Assembly (NCBI GenBank): GCA_001794635.1
Contig: MGKE01000006.1
Location: 7,100 to 71,099, forward strand
DNA: 64,000 bases
From: Candidatus Yanofskybacteria bacterium RIFCSPLOWO2_01_FULL_39_28
Lineage (GTDB): Bacteria; Patescibacteriota; Minisyncoccia; 2-02-FULL-40-12; GWA2-44-9
Direction of reading: 5' to 3'
Below, one piece after another: positions 45,632-54,388 of this stretch; the stretch's first letter is position 1; every line of letters starts with the position of its first letter. Below the pieces are notes generated by a model, which made no database searches, had not been told where the DNA came from, and was given only the letters and a program-made list of their open reading frames with translations. Made by a program: the position numbers and the translations under genes.

Positions 45632-46720
45632 ATGCCAGCACCGTATTGTGGAATGGATTGCCTTCTTCATGACCATGCTGATGGAGCTTTTCCTGTAGGA
45701 GCCAAATTAGAGTGGCTTTACATAAAAAATGGGAAGCCCCTACCTCGTCCGGGGATAAACCTTAGAAACATGGTCCGGGCTAAATTTACAGATCCCAATG
45801 GAGATATTGTTGAAGCCTTCTCACATACCACTGGCTTAATGCAAAGCGAAGAAACTATTTTTGAGGTAGCAAAAAACCACGTAATAATCCGCGCTAGACA
45901 AGGTATTCGTTATGACGAGGTAATGCTAGCTCCCCAGTATCATTTATTTGGAGAATTTCAGAAAGAAGCAAAAAATAATCCCGTCAAAGCATTGACCAGA
46001 GTTATAAACGCCGTTGTTATGGGTATAAAAGCCGGCGAAGAAGCATCTCCAAAGATTGAAGCTAATTTTCTAGTAGGTATTGGACGAGAGTTATCTCCAA
46101 GAAAAGCAATTCAAGTTCTTAAAGCGATAGAAAAAAGCGACAGAAACCACGTTGTGGGCGCTAATATTGTCTGTGATAAAAATAAATTCCCGCCAGAAAG
46201 GCATCGCGCGACTTTTGAATATGCTGATACCGCAGAAATAAACTTTGAATTCCATGCCAGTGAATGGATACGACGGCCAAAACAAAACCCGGATTTTCAA
46301 AGAGATTTGCCAATGTTATTGAAGGATTTGAGATTTGTTCTTGAATTATATAAAAAATCACGATCAAAAACTAAAAAGAGAGTTGGCCATGGCATAGCTT
46401 TGCCTTATGACACGGACTTGATGAGAATTGCTTCGGATTATGGAATAGGGATAACCGGTTGCCCTGGTTCTAATTTACAAGGCAAAAATATCCCCGACCT
46501 TGAATCTCTCAAAATTAAAACTATGCTGCTATTGGGTATTCTTTGGTCAATGAATCCCGACGACGATTTTTTCCAGCTGGATATCAACGAAATTTTCCAG
46601 ATGTGTAACGATGTTTATCGTTTTACCCTGGAAGAAAAACAACTGATGAGAATAAGTGCCTGGAAAACAAGATTTGGTAACAGAAAACCTGTACCCTCTG
46701 ATATTTACCCATTTTTATAA
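45632..46720 (+). CDS. adenosine/adenine deaminase-family amidohydrolase
   Basis: Metal-ligand motifs LHDHADG (HxH), FHASE, VGHGIAL and NPDDD; 362 aa. Confidence 0.7.
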   Translation: MPAPYCGMDCLLHDHADGAFPVGAKLEWLYIKNGKPLPRPGINLRNMVRAKFTDPNGDIVEAFSHTTGLMQSEETIFEVAKNHVIIRARQGIRYDEVMLAPQYHLFGEFQKEAKNNPVKALTRVINAVVMGIKAGEEASPKIEANFLVGIGRELSPRKAIQVLKAIEKSDRNHVVGANIVCDKNKFPPERHRATFEYADTAEINFEFHASEWIRRPKQNPDFQRDLPMLLKDLRFVLELYKKSRSKTKKRVGHGIALPYDTDLMRIASDYGIGITGCPGSNLQGKNIPDLESLKIKTMLLLGILWSMNPDDDFFQLDINEIFQMCNDVYRFTLEEKQLMRISAWKTRFGNRKPVPSDIYPFL

Positions 46721-46746
46721 ATTTATAAAAATGGGTTTTTATTTTG

Positions 46747-46819
46747 GGGGACTAGAGAGAGTTGAACTCTCGCCCGCAGTTCCACAAACTGCTGTGCTAA
46801 CCGTTACACCATAGTCCCC
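46747..46819 (-). tRNA. tRNA-His (GUG)
   Basis: Hand-folded cloverleaf. G-1 pairs with C73. Acceptor GGGACTA/TAGTCCC, anticodon loop TTGTGGA, T-arm GAGAG-TTCAACT-CTCTC. Confidence 0.85.
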
Positions 46820-46863
46820 ATATAACTAAGATATTATATCATTATTTAAGCTAAACGTAAATA

Positions 46864-47742
46864 TTATAATTCTTTGAGATCAAAGGTTTTGCCCAAGATA
46901 TTACCCAAAATAAATGTTGCCAAAGCTGTTCCAAGCATGAGAAAAGTTGATTCTAAAAATTCTCTGAAAAACTTACTCTCAAACACAACGGCGCTATAAA
47001 AAGTAAAGGCGGCAATCATTAGAACACCGATGGCAGTAGAAACAAAGAAAGCTAATCCCATGTCTCCGGTCATAAAATATGGCAGAGCCAAAACAGCAAC
47101 CGAAACAATATAAGACACGCCTGTTGTTATAGCTGAAATAAGTGCCGATCTTTCGGTATCACTTTTTGCTTGAAGATAAGCCGCTGAGGCCATTGAGATG
47201 GCCGCCGCAAAACCAACAATTATACCGGAGATACCAGCCACCAGAGTAGAACCGGTAACCCCCAGAAATCCAGCATGCACTCCGGTAATTTCTACAATTG
47301 CATCGGCTAATCCTAAAGCAATAAAACCAATGTAGCCTAAACGTTTTTCTCTGATTTGCAAAATCAGTGACTGCTCATGAGACTCTTCATCATGTATCAT
47401 CTTCTCTAAACTATCTTTGTACTCAGGCGGAATTATGTTAACAAGCTTCTTGTATTCAATAACCACCTTATGTTCATGGAGTTCAAGGAATTTAATTATA
47501 AAAGTCAGGCCAAGAATTTTTCTCATTATCAAAACACAAGGAGCAAAGAAAAAAGATAGATGAGGTTTAAAATCTGGCTCAAGCCGATACCAAAATTCAT
47601 AATGCGCTTTTTCCTGTGAAGAAAGATCCTCCAGCATGTTTTTGTTTTCTGGATTCTTTTCCGTAACACTCAAATGATGATAAATAATTGAATCCGTATA
47701 TTCGCTTTGAGCGTATTTCTTAAAATTTTTGGTTTTATTCAT
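46864..47742 (-). CDS. VIT1/CCC1-family iron/manganese transporter with N-terminal ferritin-like domain
   Basis: N-terminal di-iron-like helices (EKAHYEFW, HDEESHEQ) plus a C-terminal 5-TM VIT1 domain; 292 aa. Confidence 0.75.
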   Translation of the reverse strand: MNKTKNFKKYAQSEYTDSIIYHHLSVTEKNPENKNMLEDLSSQEKAHYEFWYRLEPDFKPHLSFFFAPCVLIMRKILGLTFIIKFLELHEHKVVIEYKKLVNIIPPEYKDSLEKMIHDEESHEQSLILQIREKRLGYIGFIALGLADAIVEITGVHAGFLGVTGSTLVAGISGIIVGFAAAISMASAAYLQAKSDTERSALISAITTGVSYIVSVAVLALPYFMTGDMGLAFFVSTAIGVLMIAAFTFYSAVVFESKFFREFLESTFLMLGTALATFILGNILGKTFDLKEL

Positions 47743-47758
47743 GTTTTATTTCAACTTG

Positions 47759-47829
47759 TCGGAGTGCCGAGATTTGAACTCGGACTAAAACGACCCAAAC
47801 GTCTCGTGCTACCGTTACACTACACTCCG
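47759..47829 (-). tRNA. tRNA-Pro (UGG)
   Basis: Acceptor CGGAGTG/CACTCCG, anticodon loop TTTGGGT, T-arm CCGAG-TTCAAAT-CTCGG, discriminator A. Confidence 0.85.
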
Positions 47830-47833
47830 ATAT

Positions 47834-48214
47834 TTATTTGACCTTATCCAATTCCGCCCAAGGATCAGGTCTTTCTTTGGCAGCTACCAATTCGTCAACA
47901 TTTTCCTGCCAATTCTTAATTTTACTTTCCATATTTTCTTTGGCTGTATTGTTGTCTGAATGCACACCAAGTTCCACATTTTCTTTTCTAAATAATTCCG
48001 GCCTGTTTTCGGACAACCATTTCAAAATTTCCCATCCCTCTTTTTCCCCTTCTCCTAAATCATTATCAAAACTTATTGCTTCTATTTTTTCATTTTTCTG
48101 GTCGGCTTCCTCAATAAGCGCCTTAAATTCATTAAAATTAATAGCTACTCGCCAACCTTCTGGAACCCAGTGTTTTCTGTCTGTATGTCCCAAATCGTCT
48201 AAAAATATTTTCAT
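47834..48214 (-). CDS. receiver-like small protein resembling cyclic-phosphate-processing receiver (cREC) domains
   Basis: MKIFLDD..VPEGW..AISFDNDLGEGEKEGWEILKWL pattern; 126 aa. Sits 2 nt after tRNA-Arg and 4 nt before tRNA-Pro. Confidence 0.55.
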   Translation of the reverse strand: MKIFLDDLGHTDRKHWVPEGWRVAINFNEFKALIEEADQKNEKIEAISFDNDLGEGEKEGWEILKWLSENRPELFRKENVELGVHSDNNTAKENMESKIKNWQENVDELVAAKERPDPWAELDKVK

Positions 48215-48216
48215 AG

Positions 48217-48288
48217 TCTCCCCGCGAGGAATCGAACCTCGATCCGCGGCTTAGAAGGCTGCTGTTCTATCCGTTGAACTACGGGGAG
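48217..48288 (-). tRNA. tRNA-Arg (UCU)
   Basis: Acceptor CTCCCCG/CGGGGAG, anticodon loop CTTCTAA, T-arm CGAGG-TTCGATT-CCTCG. One A-C mismatch in the anticodon stem. Confidence 0.85.
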
Positions 48289-48310
48289 GAAAAAGCAATT
48301 TTATCATACA

Positions 48311-48339
48311 ATTTTACCACAAAAACAATAGTTTGCCAA
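48311..48339 (-). promoter_or_regulatory. sigma70-like promoter upstream of tRNA-Arg
   Basis: On the minus strand: TTGGCA (48339-48334), 17 nt, TAAAAT (48316-48311). Confidence 0.4.
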
Positions 48340-48397
48340 ACATAAAAAATGGTGTAATAATATGTTTCAAACGAACCTTAAAAACAGAGGTTAATGA

Positions 48398-50662
48398 TTG
48401 GATTTTAAGCACCCAAAAGAGAAGGTCTTAAGTTTAATAGAAAAAACCAGAAACGTATTCAAAACAATACTTTCTGGAATAAGAAAAACCAGAAGAATCG
48501 TCTTTTGGATAATTTTTCTTTCTCTAACCGTAGTCGGGGGAAGTTACTTTTATTATGTATATATTGACCGAAAGGACATGCCGGATATCCGGCCCTTCAT
48601 TAGATTTGAGCCTCCGGTTATCGGGCAGATAAAAGATTCAAACGGCCAAACCGTAATTGAGTTGGCCACTGAATATAGGAGAATCGTCAGTTACGATCAA
48701 ATACCGCCCGTTATCCGTGAAGCCATATTGTCAGCCGAAGACAGCAGATTCTTTAGTAACTGGCGGATAGTTCACCATGGTATAGATTATTTTGCGATGT
48801 TGAGAGCGGCAAGCTACAATCTTCCTGATACCGCAAGAGCGACCTATCATAACGATTGGAAAATAACGGTTATAAACTCTCAAGGAGCTTCAACGTTAAC
48901 CCAGCAGATAGTCCGTCTGTATTTTCTTTCTAACCTGACAAGCCGCGAAAATTTGGATCAACTTATAAATGAAGGCCTTATTGCCAGGATATCCGCTTAT
49001 CTGGTCGGCGCAAGAACAACCAATGAATACATACGTAAATTTAGTGAAATAAAATATTCTGTTTGGTTAGAAAAGGAACTGACAAAACATTACGGTTCAA
49101 GAACAGAAGCAAAAAGACAGATTTTCATCCGATTTGCCAATTATACGTATTTTGGAAACGGACGTTATGGAGTTGAAGCGGCTTCTGAATACTACTTCGG
49201 CAAAAGAGCTTCAGAATTAACAAGAGATGATACCGATAAAGCTGCTCTAATGGCCGGAATGATTAAAAATCCTTCTGTCTATGGGCCAAGGCCAAACCAA
49301 TCTGATAAAGCAAGGGAAACACAAAAGAAGCGTAGGAATCAGATTCTTTATCTTATGGCTGAAGAGGGTTATATAAACACTGGACAAAAAGACAGACTGA
49401 TTGAAAAAGAATTAGAGTTATCCTTTAAACGAGAAAGAACAATTGCACCTTCTATTGTGAATGAAACTTTTAATGAGATTAAAAGTGAAAAATTTGAAAT
49501 TCAGAACATTTTTCAAGGCAACATCAATATTCACACGACAGTTGATTTGAGAATACAAAAAATAGTCAATGAATCCTGTGAAAATGGTTTGGCGGAATAT
49601 GAAAAAAGGCATCCGACAAAAGAAGGTCAAGCACAATGTTCTGCTATTGTCTTGAAAAATAATAATGCCGCGATTTTGGCTGAAGTTGGAGGCAGAACAA
49701 TTTATCAGGGTCGGAATTATCAATACAGCGACTTAAATAGAGTCAACCGAGCCCGCCAGACTGGCTCTGCGTTTAAACCATTCGTTTATCTGACTGCTTT
49801 TATGAACGGCCGGAAACCGACTGATATAATTTCTGATTCACCGGTTGCCATATCAATGGGTTACGGCCGAGGCAATCATTGGATACATAATTATGACGGT
49901 AAATATCTCGGCAGTATAAATATGTGCGAAGCACTTTACCGTTCCCGTAACGCCCCAACAGTTAGATTAACACTGGGTTTAGGACAAGGTTCCTTTGACG
50001 AAAGCGGAATGAAAAAGATAGTAGATACCGCCAAACTCTTAGGAGTAAAAAGTCCTTTCCACAGTGATGTTGACCACCTTGGCCGAACAATCTATTATCC
50101 GACATCGGCTCTTGGCGCTTCGGAAATGACGGTTATGGAATTGGCTAACGCTTATCGCGAAATTGCTTCCGGTATATCAGCTGAACCTTATGTAATTGAA
50201 AAAGTGATTGATAGAAATGGAAAAATTTTATTTGAAAAAAAAGAAGACAGACAAATTTCAGAAATATCACCAGAAGCTCTGGATATGGTCCGTTCTTGCC
50301 TACGCAAAGTCGTGACCACTCCCGGTGGAACCGCCTATTCTTTAACCCTTGAAAAGTTACCGGTGCCAATCGCCGGTAAAACCGGGACCACCGATAACTT
50401 CAGAAACGCCCTATTTGCCGGTTGGACTCACGGCATAGAAGGTATTACCGTGGTAGCAAGAGTTGACTTTGACGATAACCGGCCTCTTAATTCTGAAAAC
50501 GATAATATTAAAGAAACCGGCGCCCGTACTGCCTTACCAATATTTAAAGAAATAATTGAAAAAGTATACGAACAAAACTTGGTTGGCCCAGCTCCCCAGT
50601 TTCCCGACGAAATAGAACATCCAGAAAAATATAATAATCTCACACTTGACCCCGTTCAATAA
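48398..50662 (+). CDS. class A penicillin-binding protein (glycosyltransferase + transpeptidase)
   Basis: TTG start. GT51 motif EDSRFF, transpeptidase motifs SAFKP and KTGTT. N-terminal TM anchor; 754 aa. Confidence 0.85.
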   Translation: MDFKHPKEKVLSLIEKTRNVFKTILSGIRKTRRIVFWIIFLSLTVVGGSYFYYVYIDRKDMPDIRPFIRFEPPVIGQIKDSNGQTVIELATEYRRIVSYDQIPPVIREAILSAEDSRFFSNWRIVHHGIDYFAMLRAASYNLPDTARATYHNDWKITVINSQGASTLTQQIVRLYFLSNLTSRENLDQLINEGLIARISAYLVGARTTNEYIRKFSEIKYSVWLEKELTKHYGSRTEAKRQIFIRFANYTYFGNGRYGVEAASEYYFGKRASELTRDDTDKAALMAGMIKNPSVYGPRPNQSDKARETQKKRRNQILYLMAEEGYINTGQKDRLIEKELELSFKRERTIAPSIVNETFNEIKSEKFEIQNIFQGNINIHTTVDLRIQKIVNESCENGLAEYEKRHPTKEGQAQCSAIVLKNNNAAILAEVGGRTIYQGRNYQYSDLNRVNRARQTGSAFKPFVYLTAFMNGRKPTDIISDSPVAISMGYGRGNHWIHNYDGKYLGSINMCEALYRSRNAPTVRLTLGLGQGSFDESGMKKIVDTAKLLGVKSPFHSDVDHLGRTIYYPTSALGASEMTVMELANAYREIASGISAEPYVIEKVIDRNGKILFEKKEDRQISEISPEALDMVRSCLRKVVTTPGGTAYSLTLEKLPVPIAGKTGTTDNFRNALFAGWTHGIEGITVVARVDFDDNRPLNSENDNIKETGARTALPIFKEIIEKVYEQNLVGPAPQFPDEIEHPEKYNNLTLDPVQ

Positions 50663-50686
50663 CAAGACCCCTAATTTACCATGACT

Positions 50687-50712
50687 CCCTAGCGCGATGC
50701 TAGGGATTTTTG
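50687..50712 (+). terminator. intrinsic terminator of the PBP gene
   Basis: CCCTAGC-gcgat-GCTAGGG followed by ATTTTTG. Confidence 0.6.
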
Positions 50713-50801
50713 TTTTAGACGAAGAATTATGATGAAGAGTATATGGATATACTCTGAAGAGTAATTCTGAAGTCTAAAACAAAAATAACAGCACCCCTAA
50801 G

Positions 50802-51804
50802 CTGTGAATTACGAAACTCCCTTTTAATACTAAAACCTAGTAAAATACAAATAGCACCATTAAGGTGCTATTTGTTAAAATGTTTCCGATAATATACCGA
50901 AAACTCAAACAAATTGTTACTCGTATCTCTAAACAACTCAGGCTCTTCGATGAAACGCCAAAGAGCGGTCGTCCCAGTAAGATTAACAAGATTGATGCAG
51001 TCAGTCTAGCTCTCTATCAACATCAAAGCACAAGATCAACTAAGAAATCAATCTATGAAGATTTCAAGGATGTATTAAAATGCTCCTACAAAACATTAGT
51101 CGTCTCCATGAATAAGGTGGCCATGATCTGTCTTCAACTCCTTTTCATTCTGATGGACTTCAACAAACAGCATTCTCATCTTGTAAAATACACCGATGCC
51201 ACTGATATCCCAGTTTGCCTAAAAAAGAACGCTGATGATCACAAAACCATGAGAGAATTGTCAGGTTTTGGAAGATCAACAAAAGGCTGGTTTTATGGGC
51301 TTAAAATGACGATGACCCGAGATTGTGACGGTAAATTACTTGCTCTCAGATTTACTAAACCATCGGCCAATGATCGAGATATATTTAGAGACGTCAACCA
51401 TGACATTTTCGGCATTATCGGTGCTGATGCCGGTTATGTCTCCAAACAGCTTGAAAATGACATGAGCATTGAGCATAAAAGATTGTTGCTGATCCGACCC
51501 TACAAGAATATGAAGAAATTAATGACCCAATGGCAGCTTCGCATTTATCAAGGCCGATTCAAGATTGAGTTTGATTTCAGAAGCCTTAAAATGTTCCACG
51601 GTTTAGTTACCTCCCTGCCAAGATCAGTTAATGGTTATTTAGCTAATTACATTCACGCTCTGACCTCATTTGTTCTTTCTTAAAAAAGTATTTCTTAAAG
51701 CGTTTCAACGAGTAACAATTTGATAGAAATTAAAACAACTCACCGAAGTGAGCTGATTTTGGTTTGATCAGAAATTAAGAGAAAAGGGAGTTTCGTAATT
51801 CACA
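50802..51804 (+). mobile_element. insertion sequence (IS982/IS5-like), about 1.0 kb
   Basis: Perfect 24-bp terminal inverted repeats CTGTGAATTACGAAACTCCCTTTT (50802-50825 and the reverse complement of 51781-51804). Flanked by a direct repeat CCCTAAG (50795-50801 and 51805-51811). Confidence 0.75.
50865..51683 (+). CDS. DDE transposase (IS982-like)
   Basis: 272-aa ORF filling the IS. Motifs YTDATDIPVC, KGWFYGLKM and GADAGYVS match the DDE pattern of the IS982/IS5 group. Confidence 0.7.
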   Translation: MLFVKMFPIIYRKLKQIVTRISKQLRLFDETPKSGRPSKINKIDAVSLALYQHQSTRSTKKSIYEDFKDVLKCSYKTLVVSMNKVAMICLQLLFILMDFNKQHSHLVKYTDATDIPVCLKKNADDHKTMRELSGFGRSTKGWFYGLKMTMTRDCDGKLLALRFTKPSANDRDIFRDVNHDIFGIIGADAGYVSKQLENDMSIEHKRLLLIRPYKNMKKLMTQWQLRIYQGRFKIEFDFRSLKMFHGLVTSLPRSVNGYLANYIHALTSFVLS

Positions 51805-51892
51805 GCCCTAAGGGGTTATTTGATAAAATTGGCAAGATTACACCACTGTTTAAGCACTAGCACAACTTGACTCATAATATAATCTTTTTATT

Positions 51893-52147
51893 ATGAATAA
51901 TATGATAAAAAGGATGACAATAGACAATTTAGCTCGTATGACGCAAGACGAGTTTTCTAGGGTGAATGAGAAGTTTGAAAAACGTTTCGATAAAATTGAT
52001 GGTGATATGGTGGAGGTTAAATCAGCGCTAAAAACTGTTTTAGATGTTGTCTTAGAAATTCCTTCAAAGAAAGCTTTTGAACGACTGGAAAATAAAGTTG
52101 ATAGGATGGACATTGAACTCGTCGCTGTCCAAAGAAAAGTTAAATAA
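51893..52147 (+). CDS. hypothetical 84-aa coiled-coil protein
   Basis: ATG-initiated ORF with heptad-rich sequence. No family recognised. Confidence 0.4.
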   Translation: MNNMIKRMTIDNLARMTQDEFSRVNEKFEKRFDKIDGDMVEVKSALKTVLDVVLEIPSKKAFERLENKVDRMDIELVAVQRKVK

Positions 52148-52252
52148 GACGTTTTTTATGATCGGGTTGGTGGATGCCTGTCTGCCTATGGAGGGACGTT
52201 AGGGGGTCGTCATCTCAAAACACAGGGTAATAAAAAAGCCGGTTAGTGTCGG

Positions 52253-52690
52253 CTATAGTTTTATATTTTTCAAGAGTAATTCAAGCGCTTCCTTGTGGTG
52301 TCGTTCCATTGCTTCATATACTGCAGGAAATGGAAAATCTTCTGCATCAATTTCGATGATATCTCCAGGTCCTTGCATCCACATTCCCAGATGTGTCATA
52401 CCCGCTGGTTCAGGTTTGTTCATCTTATCAACCCGAATAACATAAGTTTCTTTGTCAGTGTATACAACTCCTCTTCCAAGAATCGGAGAATAACGGGCTA
52501 TGGAGCCTTCTCTTATTTCTTCTACTTCTTCGGCATATACCCAGCCTTCTTTACCTGGATGACCAGCGGGGGTAAGGTCAACATCGTAACCACCATGTCT
52601 TTTACATATTACGTTAAACTCTTTGCCCTTGTTCTCTCGAAACCATTGCAGTGTTTTGAGACCAGATTGTTTTACTAATCTTACTTTCAT
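52253..52690 (-). CDS. hypothetical protein
   Basis: 145-aa ORF. A terminator hairpin AGCCG/CGGCT with U-run lies at 52232-52254. No family recognised. Confidence 0.45.
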   Translation of the reverse strand: MKVRLVKQSGLKTLQWFRENKGKEFNVICKRHGGYDVDLTPAGHPGKEGWVYAEEVEEIREGSIARYSPILGRGVVYTDKETYVIRVDKMNKPEPAGMTHLGMWMQGPGDIIEIDAEDFPFPAVYEAMERHHKEALELLLKNIKL

Positions 52691-52838
52691 CTTTTACCTC
52701 CGTGTTTCCCAATGAACTGGCGATATGATACAATAAAAATGACAAGATAGCAATACTATAGATTCGGACCTCTTATGAATAATATAGATACAACCTAACA
52801 AATTCTCACTTTTCATAACTTTTCCCATAAATCAAAAA

Positions 52839-53054
52839 TTACAAGGTTCCGCCATTCTTCCAATATAACTCTCTCTTTATTGTTTCTGAAGAAGTTTAAA
52901 ATTCTTCTGAGAACAGAAGTTTTAGTGGCTGTCTGTACTTCGTAGATTTTACTTGTCCAGAGTTATGTTTCTTTAATCTTTCTTCCAGATTGTTTGTATA
53001 ACCTACACAGGTTCTGCCATCTTTTTTACTCTTCAGAATATAAATATAATACAT
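52839..53054 (-). pseudogene. GIY-YIG nuclease-domain gene interrupted by an in-frame TAA
   Basis: MYYIYILKSKKDGRTCVGYTNNLEERLKKHNSGQVKSTKYRQPLKLLFSEEF, then TAA (52896-52898), then in frame TSSETIKRELYWKNGGTL. The second part continues the conserved GIY-YIG C-terminal pattern. Confidence 0.55.
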
Positions 53055-53058
53055 ACAT

Positions 53059-53208
53059 GAGAGCGGGCAAAGCATCGCTAGATTTTGCCCTGCAAAATAA
53101 GAGCAGGTCGCCCCTTTGGGGCGGACCTCGTTAGACTTGCTTTGCAAGTCAGGAGCGGGCCGCTCATAAAATGAGCGAGCCTCGCTCAAATTTTGTTAAC
53201 AAAATTTG
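53059..53208. repeat. array of six consecutive GC-rich hairpins between the GIY-YIG gene and tRNA-Gly
   Basis: GGGCAAA/TTTGCCC, GGTCGCCCC/GGGGCGGACC, GACTTGC/GCAAGTC, GAGCGG/CCGCTC, GAGCGAG/CTCGCTC, and the 24-bp palindrome TCAAATTTTGTTAACAAAATTTGA. Confidence 0.6.
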
Positions 53209-53279
53209 AGCGGGTACGGGGAATCGAACCCCGGCCGACAGTTTGGAAAACTGCCGTACTACCATTATACGATACCCGC
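53209..53279 (-). tRNA. tRNA-Gly (UCC)
   Basis: Acceptor GCGGGTA/TACCCGC, anticodon loop TTTCCAA, T-arm CGGGG-TTCGATT-CCCCG, discriminator U. Confidence 0.85.
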
Positions 53280-53438
53280 CTTTGCTCGCCATAGCGAGCT
53301 TAGGCGGGTAAACCCGCTAGTCGCAAAGGCGAGATTTTAATCATCTTACCATATTTATTGGGTATAATTCAATTTGCCCATATTTTATATTAATAATATT
53401 CTTTAATAAGCAGACTTGTTCCTTAAAAAGGATAAGTA

Positions 53439-54341
53439 ATGAAATCCGTCACAATCTTGCCTGTTTTGGTATTATTGTCTCTGATACTTTTTGTTTTAAC
53501 TTTTCAAAAATTTGCTATTGGCCAGTCAATATACCCTCTTCCTCCAACAAGTTCCGAGCTTTCAATGGTTAATTATCCAGAAAAAGTTAAAGAATCACTA
53601 AAAAGTGTCGTCGGTATAACAATGGATATGTATTTTAAAAACAATGGTTTGCCTATGTTTTTAGGACATGCAACAAAGGCCACTGGGACAGGTTATATGT
53701 TTAAACCCGGATTATTCATTTCCGCAAGACATATTCTTATAGCTGGCTTTGAAAGAATGTTTGAAAGAATGCGTATCCAACTACCAACATTTAATAAATA
53801 TGGCATACCCTCTAGCAACACTCTGGACTATTTGATAACCGGCACCACCAACATTAATGAAAAAGCTCAAGATTTCAAATTAAACATAATCGGAGCGGGA
53901 GCACCAGATAAATTTGAAGATTTTATAATTCTTCAATCAGATAATTTTCCACCAGAACTGAAATCTATTGAGTATGATGATAAATTTTTAAATGTTGATG
54001 AGATTGTTTATAATGCCGGCTATGTCCATTATTTTATGCCCTTAAATAGCTATCCGGCAAATACACCTGTTCTTTTTGATATAATCCGAACCAGCTTTCA
54101 AGGAAGAATTCATTCTGTAATCAAAGACCTGCCAATAAATAAGCTGGGCGTTTCCGTTCTTTATCGGATAGAAATAAAACTTGAACAAGGTTTTTCCGGT
54201 GGTCCAATATTAAATTCGGAAGGCAAAGTGGTAGCCATAACAATCCTCCGAACTGATAATTTTTTATATGCAATTCCAATTAAAGATATTAACTTATTTA
54301 TTGAAAAACTTAAAAAAGACGGTGTGATCCCGCCCCTTTAG
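53439..54341 (+). CDS. secreted trypsin-like (S1) serine peptidase
   Basis: Signal/anchor. Candidate triad residues in ISARHIL, DFIIL and GFSGGPIL; 300 aa. Confidence 0.65.
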   Translation: MKSVTILPVLVLLSLILFVLTFQKFAIGQSIYPLPPTSSELSMVNYPEKVKESLKSVVGITMDMYFKNNGLPMFLGHATKATGTGYMFKPGLFISARHILIAGFERMFERMRIQLPTFNKYGIPSSNTLDYLITGTTNINEKAQDFKLNIIGAGAPDKFEDFIILQSDNFPPELKSIEYDDKFLNVDEIVYNAGYVHYFMPLNSYPANTPVLFDIIRTSFQGRIHSVIKDLPINKLGVSVLYRIEIKLEQGFSGGPILNSEGKVVAITILRTDNFLYAIPIKDINLFIEKLKKDGVIPPL

Positions 54342-54388
54342 GGCGAGGCTCGCCTCGTCCCAACCTTGTTGGGCGGGCGGCAAATAAC

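Noticed and set aside
47838-48254. 138-aa plus-strand ORF antisense to the receiver-like gene and tRNA-Arg. Similar antisense ORFs occur elsewhere, for example 736-1146 and 33138-33422.
   Set aside because: The products are Ser/Leu/Phe-rich and low complexity. They overlap well-supported genes or tRNAs on the other strand and have no start signals.
52896-52898. Alternative genetic code or stop-codon reassignment, suggested by the in-frame TAA in the GIY-YIG gene.
   Set aside because: TAA, TAG and TGA all terminate well-conserved genes in this window at their expected ends, for example TGA for gpmI, TAA for the S41 peptidase and TAG for the 21714 gene. A simple nonsense mutation is more likely.
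52896-53189. The 97-aa version of the GIY-YIG ORF, with a 45-aa N-terminal extension.
   Set aside because: The extension is read through the six-hairpin GC-rich array and has no similarity to GIY-YIG proteins. The domain starts at MYYIYIL (ATG 53054).
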